A stretch of DNA of 64,000 nucleotides from an uncultured virus (IMG/VR IMGVR_UViG_3300046007_008038) (lineage: Duplodnaviria; Heunggongvirae; Uroviricota; Caudoviricetes): the IMG/VR virus record IMGVR_UViG_3300046007_008038. One strand, written 5' to 3'. Position numbers and translations under genes: made by a program. The number at the start of each line of letters is the position of its first letter. The stretch's first letter is position 1. The notes under the pieces are model-generated. The model was given only the letters and a program-made list of their open reading frames with translations. It was not told where the DNA came from and ran no database searches. This document shows, piece by piece, positions 1 through 9,418 of this stretch.

Positions 1-5
1 GCTGG

Positions 6-212
6 ATGAAAACTGAATTTAATAGTGATCTAAAAACTAAGTACGATCTTCAATCAGGAATAAAGCTAGAACAAGTACTAGAGAACCAAAAAGAACTACT
101 TAAAATAGCCTTAGAGAATCAAAAGGATATTCAAGAAACTGCCAAAGAAGTTCTTAAGTTGACCCAAAAATTAGAAAATGATATCAATATTTTAAAAGCT
201 ACTAAACAATAA
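6..212 (+). CDS. hypothetical coiled-coil protein
   Basis: 68-aa ORF, heptad-like L/I-Q/E/K pattern; may begin before the window. Confidence 0.5.
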   Translation: MKTEFNSDLKTKYDLQSGIKLEQVLENQKELLKIALENQKDIQETAKEVLKLTQKLENDINILKATKQ

Positions 213-440
213 TCATTCAATCATATGATTTTGTTTAGCTGCTCTTAATAATCTCCAAAAATAATTTTCTTTTAAACTATTTAATTGAGTTATTAAATTA
301 GTTAACCTTTGTACAGTTTCTTCAGAAAGTTTATTAGCCTCTTGTATAGAGGCTAATTCTTTTTCAACAAACTTAAAAGTTTGTTTTTCACTATCTGTAA
401 AACTAACTAATTCTTTTTTTATTTCTCTATCTGTTTTCAT
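213..440 (-). CDS. hypothetical helical protein downstream of uvsW
   Basis: 75-aa ORF, ATGA-type overlap with the helicase stop. Confidence 0.6.
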   Translation of the reverse strand: MKTDREIKKELVSFTDSEKQTFKFVEKELASIQEANKLSEETVQRLTNLITQLNSLKENYFWRLLRAAKQNHMIE

Positions 441-1801
441 ATTACTGTAACCTCATGTCCTTCATCTTCATAATATTTTTTTCTTTTTTTAGAATGTTTA
501 ACTAAATATTTTTCTTTATCCATAAAATCATAAATATAAACTTTTTCTTTGCTTTCGTGCTTTCTTAAAGCTCTACCTAGAGCTTGTAAAGTAGCAATCT
601 CACTCATTAAACCTCTAGCATTTATAAAGTGAGTAATTTCCTTTATATTTACACCAGTTTGAAGAATGTTTGTACCAATCAAAACAGAAAACTTTTTTGA
701 ATCTCTGAACTTATTAATTGTTTTGTATCTAGATGAAATATCATCAGCGCCTTCTAAAAATTGAGAATTTTTTATTTTTCCTGAAAGAAGTCTTCCATGT
801 TCTAATGATTTAGTTAGTATCAATATTTTAGCATTAGTTTTTGTTTCCCGAATATTATCTACAATATCTATTATCATTTGATTTCTAGAATTATTGAATA
901 CTATAAATTGATCATAAACATCTTTGTATCCCATTTCAACATCAACCCCACTTGCTTCATATTTTCTATTAATTAATTGTATTATTGGTTTAGTTAAATG
1001 ACCTTCTTGAACTAGAGTATTAGTATCAACAATTTGTATTATAGGACCTAAAGCACCTTCTAAAGTTAATAATCTAATATCATCACTAGGTGGAGTAGCG
1101 GTCAATCCAAATCTATATTTAGCTGCTGGAAAAGCTTGTATGGCAGCTACAGAATTCTTACCCTTAGAAAATTCATGGCACTCATCTACGAAAAGAACTT
1201 CCGCTGTTCCTACATGAGTATCTATGATTTTTTCAATGCTTTGAATCGTGCAAAGCATAATATTCCCATTTATATAACCTTCTCCAAAACAAATACCCAG
1301 ATCATCAAAACCGATTTCTTTCTTTAAGAATTCATATGTTTGTGTTAGTAGTTGCTTTGAATTAAATAAAATAACCATCTTTCTAGGATGGAGAGCTTGT
1401 ATCAATCCAGCTAATATTAAAGTTTTACCAGATCCTGTTGGTGATTTAATAATTCCTCGATATTGTTCTAAAGATTTTTTAATTAATTCTTCTTGATAAT
1501 CATAAAATTTATAATTAGGAACTATGTAATCGTTAACTTTTTTTTGATCCGTAAAACAATACTCAATTTCTGGGGTACACTTAATTTTCTTTAAATCAGT
1601 TAAAACTCGTTGAAGTAATCCAGATTTAAAAGATCCATTTTTATTTATAAAATGCTTAGTGCCATCCCAATGGTGAGCTTGATACGATCTAGAGTACTCA
1701 GATCCCGGAATTTTAAATGTATATAATTTATATAATAAATTTAAAATTTCTGGATTATCAGTTTCTATCTTAGCTAAAGTATTATTGACTATTATCTTCA
1801 T
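437..1801 (-). CDS. uvsW: UvsW-like superfamily 2 DNA helicase
   Basis: YDYQ Q-motif, Walker A SPTGSGKT, DECH box, GLTATP, QALGRALR; N-terminal WDG motif typical of UvsW. Confidence 0.9.
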   Translation of the reverse strand: MKIIVNNTLAKIETDNPEILNLLYKLYTFKIPGSEYSRSYQAHHWDGTKHFINKNGSFKSGLLQRVLTDLKKIKCTPEIEYCFTDQKKVNDYIVPNYKFYDYQEELIKKSLEQYRGIIKSPTGSGKTLILAGLIQALHPRKMVILFNSKQLLTQTYEFLKKEIGFDDLGICFGEGYINGNIMLCTIQSIEKIIDTHVGTAEVLFVDECHEFSKGKNSVAAIQAFPAAKYRFGLTATPPSDDIRLLTLEGALGPIIQIVDTNTLVQEGHLTKPIIQLINRKYEASGVDVEMGYKDVYDQFIVFNNSRNQMIIDIVDNIRETKTNAKILILTKSLEHGRLLSGKIKNSQFLEGADDISSRYKTINKFRDSKKFSVLIGTNILQTGVNIKEITHFINARGLMSEIATLQALGRALRKHESKEKVYIYDFMDKEKYLVKHSKKRKKYYEDEGHEVTVI

Positions 1802-1844
1802 CTATACTATAATAGTATTAGAGCTAAAAGGAGCTTTTTTTTGT

Positions 1845-2573
1845 ATGTCATTTGATCCAAAACAACAAATTGTTGATGATATTTTAAAAGAACTTCCTAT
1901 ATCCTCGGATATAGAAGTTGAGTTGCCTAGTAAATGTTTATCTTACAAACTACCTGATGCAACAAAGCCAGTTACTATTAGGCCGATGAGTTTTGAGGAT
2001 GAAAAATTATTAGCTACTTCTAGGGGTAAAACAGATCCTATAGGGTTAATTTTATCTAGATGTGTAAATAATATTAATGTTAATGATTTATTTCCTATGG
2101 ATAAATTATACTTACTATTAAAATTAAGAGAAATTTCTTACGGAGATGAGTATAATTGCTCTATTTCCTGCCCTCATTGTTCTAGCGAAAACAAAATAAC
2201 CATTAATTTATCAAAATTACCTGTAGCTTCTGTTCCAGATAATTTTGAAGATAAAATGGAAGTAGATTTACCAGTCTTAAAAAAGACTGCGGTGGTAAGA
2301 CTACCTAGAGCTAAAGATGAAATGTACCTAACTGATTTAGATAAAATAGGTAATAACTTATGGAGATTTGTCGAGAAGATAGATAATTACGAAGATAAAG
2401 TAATAATATCTAAAGTTCTAGAAAAATTACCTATTAAAGATATTAAAACTTTAACAAATGCGTTAAAAATTGAATTTGGTGTTCAAACCAAAGTAAGTTT
2501 GGATTGCACAACCTGTAGAAAAGCATCTACACATGAGTTGCCAATAAATCCAAATTTTTTCGATGTGAACTAG
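1845..2573 (+). CDS. gp26: T4 gp26-like baseplate hub / tail assembly protein
   Basis: ELPS, IRPM-x3-EK, D-x2-YLLLKLR-x2-SYG, CPHC and CTTC pairs, C-terminal NFF; AGGAG RBS favours ATG 1845 over 1785. Confidence 0.75.
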   Translation: MSFDPKQQIVDDILKELPISSDIEVELPSKCLSYKLPDATKPVTIRPMSFEDEKLLATSRGKTDPIGLILSRCVNNINVNDLFPMDKLYLLLKLREISYGDEYNCSISCPHCSSENKITINLSKLPVASVPDNFEDKMEVDLPVLKKTAVVRLPRAKDEMYLTDLDKIGNNLWRFVEKIDNYEDKVIISKVLEKLPIKDIKTLTNALKIEFGVQTKVSLDCTTCRKASTHELPINPNFFDVN

Positions 2574-2755
2574 AAGAACTTTTAAATTTAGATAGTCTTT
2601 ATCTAGAAGCCTATATATTAGTACATAGGGCAGGATTTACTTATCAGGATGTAAAAACTATGCCTAAATTAGAGCGACTAGTATTTATTAGGCTTCTAAA
2701 AGAAGAGGTTGAGAGAGAAAACGATGCAATTGAACGGAGTAAATCTCGTAGATAG
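2558..2755 (+). CDS. gp51-like extension in the -1 frame of gp26 (not in ORF track; likely frameshift product)
   Basis: Manual translation FRCELEELLNLDSLYLEAYILVHRAGFTYQDVKTMPKLERLVFIRLLKEEVERENDAIERSKSRR*; no in-frame ATG/GTG/TTG before 2660; slippery heptamers at 2552-2561. Confidence 0.7.
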   Translation, partial: FRCELEELLNLDSLYLEAYILVHRAGFTYQDVKTMPKLERLVFIRLLKEEVERENDAIERSKSRR

Positions 2756-3671
2756 ACACAATAGAGCAGGGGTGTTAGAAAAAGTAGCACTTAGGGTATT
2801 CTTTGTTAACAACGGAGAGTACTTTGACCCTTATGATATCAGTGGGGTAACGGTATTTAACAAATTATCAAATACCTCACCTAGTGCCGTAATTAATACC
2901 GATACTGCTTTACTCTCTTCCTCTATTTCTTCTAGTTTAATATTGATGCACTTTGGTGCTTCTGCCAATGATTCTGGTGCTGCATTATACCCAAGTTCAT
3001 ATAATCCAAATACAAATACTGCGTCTACAAGTGGGATATACAGAATTGGAACAGGCGAGTATGTCGTAGTTCTAGCACCTGATACTTCTGGATTATATAA
3101 CTTTTATGGATCTTCAGTAGTCTTAGAAAATGCAGCTAGTTCTGTTGCTGATTACATAGATGTTTGGACTGTGAAGTTTTTCAGCAACTCAGATTATCAA
3201 TGTATAGTAAATAACTTCCATCTGTATAGGGATACTATATTTGCTGTAACTCAGCCGCTATTATTAACTGCTTCAAATAAACTAATTAATAAACATATAA
3301 AATTAGATTCGAAGGTTGATTTGAAAGTTTCCACAGATGTCTACATTGAAAATCGTGATATAGATGAAGCTACTAAAAATGTGTTTAGAGATTCTGCTAT
3401 AGTTTCAGCGATGTTTAAAATAGAAAAGATAAACGAAGATACTATGGCACTTCCATCTAGAGTAGAAGTTTCTAGTTTTGCTCAAACATCTGCTTTAGTT
3501 GATATAACTTCAGACAATACCATGGTATTTAATTTTAATACTGCAACTCTATCTACTCACCCTAGTGTTGCTAATTTTGCAGGATTAACTGGAACTTATT
3601 GTCTTACCTGTAAGTATAACTTGTTGAATCAAACCATCGTTAGTCAGCCCATGTACTTCATCATATCTTGA
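2724..3671 (+). CDS. hypothetical protein, probably virion structural
   Basis: Beta-rich S/T/N-rich ORF; ATG 2724 preferred to TTG 2709. Confidence 0.6.
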   Translation: MQLNGVNLVDRHNRAGVLEKVALRVFFVNNGEYFDPYDISGVTVFNKLSNTSPSAVINTDTALLSSSISSSLILMHFGASANDSGAALYPSSYNPNTNTASTSGIYRIGTGEYVVVLAPDTSGLYNFYGSSVVLENAASSVADYIDVWTVKFFSNSDYQCIVNNFHLYRDTIFAVTQPLLLTASNKLINKHIKLDSKVDLKVSTDVYIENRDIDEATKNVFRDSAIVSAMFKIEKINEDTMALPSRVEVSSFAQTSALVDITSDNTMVFNFNTATLSTHPSVANFAGLTGTYCLTCKYNLLNQTIVSQPMYFIIS

Positions 3672-4615
3672 ATGTAAAATGACCATCCGAGAGGTAGGGT
3701 GTTTTTCTTAATCCAACCATCCAAATCAACATAGTTGGTATGGGCCTCATTCCAATCCTTGAACTTTTGTGGAGGAGGACAGTAGTAAGGTTCCTTCATC
3801 ATCATTTGTTTACGCTTCACATCGAACGCCACCCTCCCGTGTTGCCCTGCTGTATCATTATCATAAGCTAAGATAATGCGACCCTTGAAGGACTTCAAGG
3901 CTTCAATTTGTTGTTGACTGATCTTACAACCTTGAGTCGAAGTTGCATTCACTCCTTGTAGTTGAAGTGATATCGCGTCAACCGGGCCTTCGCAAACTAC
4001 AACATATTCAGCATCCTCATCAAAAGGATATAGTACATCAGAAACTTTAAGATTATTATAATAGGTTGGGTTTAGGTACTTAGGTTTCTGATCGGTAAGG
4101 GACCGCGCTTGAAAATAGAATAATATCCCTTCCTGCTCAAAGGGAATAATTATTCTATTTGAGAATCTAGGATTGCTAGACAAGTAAAACTTCTTTTTGT
4201 TTCCCGATATGTCAAATAAACAACGACTGACGATGTAATCCCAAGCAAGACCGCCATCTTCAGTCACTTCTGTTAGAGTTCCAAGATCCTCATTTTTTAC
4301 CTCTTTTGTTGCACTTAGAGATACATTTTCATTAATCTGGGTTGCGTCTAGATTATTAATCAATAGCCTGATATACGCTTGCTGATAAGATAAACCTTCA
4401 ACAAAAGAGTACAGGCGTACAAAGTTGCCTTTCTCACCAGTCTTGAAATCTTGCCATAATCCTGTCTCAAGATTTACACTCATATGCCTCTTCCAATCAT
4501 TTTCTAGGAAGACGGATTGCATAATAAATTCACGACCAGTAGGAGAAATTCTCCCAGTATCAGTGAACTTATCAATTAAGTAAGCTCTAATAAAATCAGG
4601 AGCAATTATGCACAT
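3644..4615 (-). CDS. DNA primase (DnaG / T4 gp61-like)
   Basis: RIIIPF, FQAR, PKYLNP, TOPRIM CEGPVDA and YDNDTAG, KDWNE; start uncertain. Confidence 0.9.
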   Translation of the reverse strand: MCIIAPDFIRAYLIDKFTDTGRISPTGREFIMQSVFLENDWKRHMSVNLETGLWQDFKTGEKGNFVRLYSFVEGLSYQQAYIRLLINNLDATQINENVSLSATKEVKNEDLGTLTEVTEDGGLAWDYIVSRCLFDISGNKKKFYLSSNPRFSNRIIIPFEQEGILFYFQARSLTDQKPKYLNPTYYNNLKVSDVLYPFDEDAEYVVVCEGPVDAISLQLQGVNATSTQGCKISQQQIEALKSFKGRIILAYDNDTAGQHGRVAFDVKRKQMMMKEPYYCPPPQKFKDWNEAHTNYVDLDGWIKKNTLPLGWSFYIQDMMKYMG

Positions 4616-5369
4616 AGATAAAATATCAGAGTCTAAGTACAAGACTTTTAAGCAATGCAAGTTGAAATATCGGTATAAGTATGTAGATTATTTACCTGAG
4701 CCTGACGAGGCAAATACCGATGCTTTACATTTTGGGTCATACATCCACAAGATTTTTGAGGATGGTGTTAATATACAATCAGAAAAAGAGTTGGTAAAAC
4801 TTTCTGAAGAATTACGAGGAGAGTATAAAGTATCAACTGATTATACAGGAAAAGATTTGATTTGCATCAAAAATTTTCTTGAATTTAATAAGAAGTTGGG
4901 AGAAACGGTAGCAACAGAACTATCTTTTGAAGTTGAACTAGGTAAGGATATTAAGTTAAACGGCATAATCGACAGAATAATAAAAGGTAAAAATAATACA
5001 TATTTAATTATTGATTATAAAACTTCGAAAAAAGAAAAGTCCAAGATAGAATTATATCAGGATACCCAGTTAAAAGGATACACTTATGCAGTGCATAAAA
5101 TGTTTAATGTGCCTATAAAAAACATAACTGTTGCACATTATTATCCTTTAACAGATAATTTAGTTAATGTATCTTATACTTCAAATCAAATAAATTCGTA
5201 TGTTAAATCTATCATTGATGAAGTCTGGAGAATACGAAAAGCAAAAAAAGAAAGTCTCGTCGCCACAAGAAATGAATTCTGTAATTGGTGTCCTTATAAG
5301 AGCCTTTGCCCAGAATTTAATGACCCCTTGGTGATAGAGGAAAATTTAAAGAAGATTAAGACTTCCTAA
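4608..5369 (+). CDS. PD-(D/E)XK exonuclease, Cas4/RecB/AddB-like with Fe-S ligands
   Basis: N-terminal Cys (FKQC), GSYIH, GIIDR, IIDYKTS, QLxxY, C-terminal CNWCPYKSLC. Confidence 0.85.
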   Translation: MHIDKISESKYKTFKQCKLKYRYKYVDYLPEPDEANTDALHFGSYIHKIFEDGVNIQSEKELVKLSEELRGEYKVSTDYTGKDLICIKNFLEFNKKLGETVATELSFEVELGKDIKLNGIIDRIIKGKNNTYLIIDYKTSKKEKSKIELYQDTQLKGYTYAVHKMFNVPIKNITVAHYYPLTDNLVNVSYTSNQINSYVKSIIDEVWRIRKAKKESLVATRNEFCNWCPYKSLCPEFNDPLVIEENLKKIKTS

Positions 5370-5661
5370 GTGAATTCATTCTTCCATAAATAAAAGGGGA
5401 GTATATTTCGATTTCTATAGATTCAAAAAAGTTAATTACTTGATCAGGAGAATATTTACATTTTTTGGTTAAATAAGTATATAACATATTAAGTTTTAGT
5501 GGTTTTTGTTTATTTAATGATTCTAAAACTTTTAATTGAAAATGTTTTATAAACTTCTCAGAATATTTATGTCTCCATCTTTCAATAAATTCTGAACTTA
5601 GTGTATCATTAATTAAATCTATAAAATCTACAATATCTATATTTGTATTACTAATATCCAT
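5356..5661 (-). CDS. hypothetical protein
   Basis: 101-aa ORF filling the gap between plus-strand genes. Confidence 0.6.
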   Translation of the reverse strand: MDISNTNIDIVDFIDLINDTLSSEFIERWRHKYSEKFIKHFQLKVLESLNKQKPLKLNMLYTYLTKKCKYSPDQVINFFESIEIEIYSPFIYGRMNSLRKS

Positions 5662-5696
5662 TATTATATAACCTAATAATATTAATAAAGTCTAAA

Positions 5697-6056
5697 ATGG
5701 TAAATTTTTCTAAAAAAACTCTACAAAAAATAGAATCTGACACAGGTTTATCATTAGATCCAATTGCTAAAAGTCCCAGCATGATTAATGTAGGGGATGT
5801 ATTAACTTTTAAATATCTTAATAAAAATAGAATGGTTTTGGTTGTTCGACCAGTATCAAAATGTCCAGAAACAGGAAATTTACTTTTAACTTGTGTTAAT
5901 GTATCTCCAACAACTGAATTTACTAAAGAAACACTTAAAGACCTATATAAAAATAGGGCTAGTTTAGGAGAAGATCAGTATAGAACTTACATCTTCTCAA
6001 AAATGCAAGGAATCTTAAGAAGATTGTATAGTAAAGACTCTGAAATGAGGGAGTGA
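5697..6056 (+). CDS. hypothetical protein
   Basis: 119-aa ORF directly upstream of the tape measure gene. Confidence 0.6.
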   Translation: MVNFSKKTLQKIESDTGLSLDPIAKSPSMINVGDVLTFKYLNKNRMVLVVRPVSKCPETGNLLLTCVNVSPTTEFTKETLKDLYKNRASLGEDQYRTYIFSKMQGILRRLYSKDSEMRE

Positions 6057-6057
6057 T

Positions 6058-8226
6058 ATGGCAGTACCACTAATAATCTCACAATTAAGTAATGCTTTAG
6101 GAGCAACCACTACTGGTTTAGGTACTATGACCAGTACAATGAGGGCTGCTACTGCTGCGGGTACTACAAGCTCTGAAAGAATAGTTAATTCCCAAGCAAC
6201 ATTAGCGCAAGGTATTGGCGGTTTAGTTGGGATGATGGCAACAACTTTCAATGCTTTGCTAAATGAATTTAACGATTATACTAGGCAATCCTCAAAATTC
6301 GGAGACTCTTTTGCGGGAGTGATGTCAGAACAGAATGCCTCTGTTGCACAATTAAATGATTCAATAGCTAATAAATTTACGATAGCTTTAGCATTAAATA
6401 ATGAAGGAGTTTTTGGTAATAATAAACAATTAGCTAATTTAGCTAGTATACAGAATGCTGCTGGTCAAGACTTCAAAGCAACGATAAGCACATTAAAAAA
6501 TAATGCTTTAGCGACAGGATTGGGTACAGATTCAATGAATCGCTTGGCAGAGGAAAGTGTAAGACTATCAACAACTTACAGGGTTTCCTCAGAGCAAATG
6601 GTTGCAGCCGTTCAACAACTTCAGCAATCAAATGAAAATCTATCTTTAATTTCTGGTTCCGATTCGGAAGCAATAACTATGGCTGTTCAAGGGCTAGCAG
6701 CACAAAGTGGAGGTGGAACAGAAACTGTAAAAGCAATGACCTCCTTCGCTAATTTATTAACCTCTACAGATCCAACAAAACAAGCTCAAGTAGCTTCTCT
6801 AGGTTTAGCTGATTTACAACAAAGATTAATTCAAGCAACTGATCCTACAGAAATACAATCAATATTAAAAGAAGCAAACCAAAGAGCAATAGGAGTTATT
6901 GATACTCTTAAAGGTCCTTTTGTTGCTGCTGGAGGTGCGGTGCAGCAAGCATTTGGAAGAGATACCATAGTAAATATTCAAAGATTTGATAACTCTTTGG
7001 CGATGGCTGCGGAAAATGCTAGACAACAATCGGAATTACAAAAAAAATTAGCAGAAGCAACAAATCCAGAAGAAAGAAAAAGAATAGAAGCTGAGATGGC
7101 AAAAGCTGTTGATCCAAGACAAACTATAGATAATTTGTTAGGTAGAGTCTTTGATCCTTTGAAAGAAGTTTTCTTTAAATTTATTCCTATAATAATAGAA
7201 TCTGTGGTTCCAGCGGTAGAATTTTTTAGCAATGTGTTGATGCAAGTAGCAGACTTCGTATCTCCAATAATAAACATTTTCGTAGAATTAACTACTGCTG
7301 TTTTTAGTTTTGTTACTAATATATTTAAATTTGTAGATGATTTTATAGGTATAAAAAATATTTTGGTTGCATTAGCGCCTGCAATCATAGTTGGGTTAGC
7401 TCCATTGTTTATAACATTGATGGGAGCAACACTTAGTTTACTATTAGCTTTTGGTTCTTTAGCAATAGCTATATTAACTCCTTTAGCTCCATTTATTTTA
7501 ATTGCAGGAGTAATTTATGGAGTGTATAAACTTTTTGAAGAAGAATTAAAACCTACTTTAGATGGTATAATTATAAGCTTTAATTCTTTAAAAGAAAATT
7601 TTGCCGGGGTATTTTCTTCAATAGCAGTCTTTATAAGAGCTTTAGGTTCTTTTAATGTAGACGCTATTATTGATTCAATACAATCAGTCTTTTTTAGAAT
7701 TCTTGGAGTATTGTTTGATGCAGTAATGTTTGTCCCTAAACTCATGGCTAATCTAGGGAATGCCATTATGGAAGCTTTACCTGACTGGATGGTTCCAGAT
7801 GCTTTAAAAGAATTTGGTAATGCAGTCCCTAAGTTTTTAGATGATGTTTCTACAGGAATTAAAGATTCTGCAAGTCAAAACTTAGCATCAGCAAAAGAAG
7901 CTCTACAACTTCAAGAAGATAAAACAAAAGAGGCTAATTCATTGTTAGGGGAAATCGCTGGAAATACTAAACCACCCCCTAGTACTTTACCAGATTATTT
8001 TACTGATTTAAATAAAGAATTAGAAAGTGCATTTTCTGAATTGTTAGGATTAAATGGACAAACAATGATAGTTAACGAATTACAACAATTAAATGAAAAT
8101 ATGAACAGTGTTGATAAAAATATTGAAACACAAAATAGTATGGTTGGAGAAGGTAATGATATTAGCCGACAAATGGCTAACAATGCAAAACCTAAACTTT
8201 CCGGCGTTGGTGATGGAGGTGGGTGA
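6058..8226 (+). CDS. tail tape measure protein
   Basis: 722 aa, Ala/Gln/Leu-rich helical, central hydrophobic segments, leads the baseplate cluster. Confidence 0.7.
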   Translation: MAVPLIISQLSNALGATTTGLGTMTSTMRAATAAGTTSSERIVNSQATLAQGIGGLVGMMATTFNALLNEFNDYTRQSSKFGDSFAGVMSEQNASVAQLNDSIANKFTIALALNNEGVFGNNKQLANLASIQNAAGQDFKATISTLKNNALATGLGTDSMNRLAEESVRLSTTYRVSSEQMVAAVQQLQQSNENLSLISGSDSEAITMAVQGLAAQSGGGTETVKAMTSFANLLTSTDPTKQAQVASLGLADLQQRLIQATDPTEIQSILKEANQRAIGVIDTLKGPFVAAGGAVQQAFGRDTIVNIQRFDNSLAMAAENARQQSELQKKLAEATNPEERKRIEAEMAKAVDPRQTIDNLLGRVFDPLKEVFFKFIPIIIESVVPAVEFFSNVLMQVADFVSPIINIFVELTTAVFSFVTNIFKFVDDFIGIKNILVALAPAIIVGLAPLFITLMGATLSLLLAFGSLAIAILTPLAPFILIAGVIYGVYKLFEEELKPTLDGIIISFNSLKENFAGVFSSIAVFIRALGSFNVDAIIDSIQSVFFRILGVLFDAVMFVPKLMANLGNAIMEALPDWMVPDALKEFGNAVPKFLDDVSTGIKDSASQNLASAKEALQLQEDKTKEANSLLGEIAGNTKPPPSTLPDYFTDLNKELESAFSELLGLNGQTMIVNELQQLNENMNSVDKNIETQNSMVGEGNDISRQMANNAKPKLSGVGDGGG

Positions 8227-9113
8227 TGTACAGGATTGATCGTCAATTACCAGAAAGATCAAAATTAGTTTTTTACTTTCCAAATCCAGATGAATCAGAA
8301 AGTAAATTTACTACAGTAGAATTACCATTTTTTGAAAATATTATTGTTAGTGAAACAAAAAAAGCAAGGTATGTGACATATAAACCATTATCCAGACATA
8401 GTGATATTTATGGATACACAGGAGCCGATTCTAGAAAATTTAGTTTAGAATTTTCTTTAAGTATTCCACATATAATGGCCGAATATCCAAACTATGTAAA
8501 TTTAGATTTAATGAAGAGACCTACAAAGAAAAAATTAATTACTAATCCTGAATCTCATTTTGGTAATACTCAAAATTCTACAAGTACTCCCGGGCAAGCA
8601 GAAAAATTTGCTGGAGAATATCGAGAATATATAAAAGGAACGGATACAGGATCCATCCAAAATGTTTTGAGTAATTTAGTATCTCAAGATTCTTATAATT
8701 CAAAAGATGCCATAGATTTAATTAATTCTGAATTTGATAGACCAATAAATGATATTGATAAAAAAACAGTAGAGATAGTTTTATATTGGACTAATGTAGT
8801 TAGAAGTTCTGTTATCACTAATTCTAGAAATCCAATCTTGGGTCCCCCAATAGTGCGGTTTAGTCATGGAGTTTTATATCAAGATATTCCTTGCATAGTT
8901 CAAGATTATGCAGTTTCACATCAAGATCATATTTATGATTTAGATACTTTAATGCCTCACTACATTGATTTTAAATTAAATTTAGAAGAGTTTAGAACTG
9001 GTGATTTTGGATCGTTTGAAAAATATACACCAATAAAACGAGATAATTTAGCAGGTTTTGAAGCAGTCATTTTTGATGACAACCATAGTTTAGACTCAGG
9101 TAAATTAAAATGA
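8223..9113 (+). CDS. baseplate tail-tube initiator-like protein (gp48/gp54 class)
   Basis: YGYTGADSRKFSLEF and GPPIVRF..G..Y..IPCIV..Y motifs; between tape measure and gp53. Confidence 0.55.
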   Translation: MMYRIDRQLPERSKLVFYFPNPDESESKFTTVELPFFENIIVSETKKARYVTYKPLSRHSDIYGYTGADSRKFSLEFSLSIPHIMAEYPNYVNLDLMKRPTKKKLITNPESHFGNTQNSTSTPGQAEKFAGEYREYIKGTDTGSIQNVLSNLVSQDSYNSKDAIDLINSEFDRPINDIDKKTVEIVLYWTNVVRSSVITNSRNPILGPPIVRFSHGVLYQDIPCIVQDYAVSHQDHIYDLDTLMPHYIDFKLNLEEFRTGDFGSFEKYTPIKRDNLAGFEAVIFDDNHSLDSGKLK

Positions 9114-9418
9114 GTAATTTTCAAAATTCAAATGGACCTTATAGTTTAGATAAAAAAACTTATAGGCACAGAGGAAAAGCAGTAACTACAATATTACACT
9201 CTAATAAGTTTGATACTATTATTCAAAATATTAAAACTGCTTATAAATATGAAGTAGCATTTTTACCAGCAGGACTTAAACAAAGACCAGATTTAATAGC
9301 TAATGATTATTATGGCAATCCATCAAATTGGTGGTTAATATTGTTTGTTAATAATATTAAGGATCCATTTGAAGAATTAAGTGAGATGAAAAGAATTATA
9401 TTACCAAAAATAAAATGA
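9110..9418 (+). CDS. gp53: baseplate wedge protein, gp53-like (LysM-like)
   Basis: RPDLIANDYYGNPSNWWLILFVNNIKDPF. Confidence 0.8.
   Translation: MSNFQNSNGPYSLDKKTYRHRGKAVTTILHSNKFDTIIQNIKTAYKYEVAFLPAGLKQRPDLIANDYYGNPSNWWLILFVNNIKDPFEELSEMKRIILPKIK

Noticed and set aside
213..440. Naming this ORF UvsW.1
   Set aside because: Position and size fit T4 uvsW.1, but I recognise no sequence similarity.
4608..5369. CRISPR-Cas system
   Set aside because: No repeat-spacer array or other cas genes seen.
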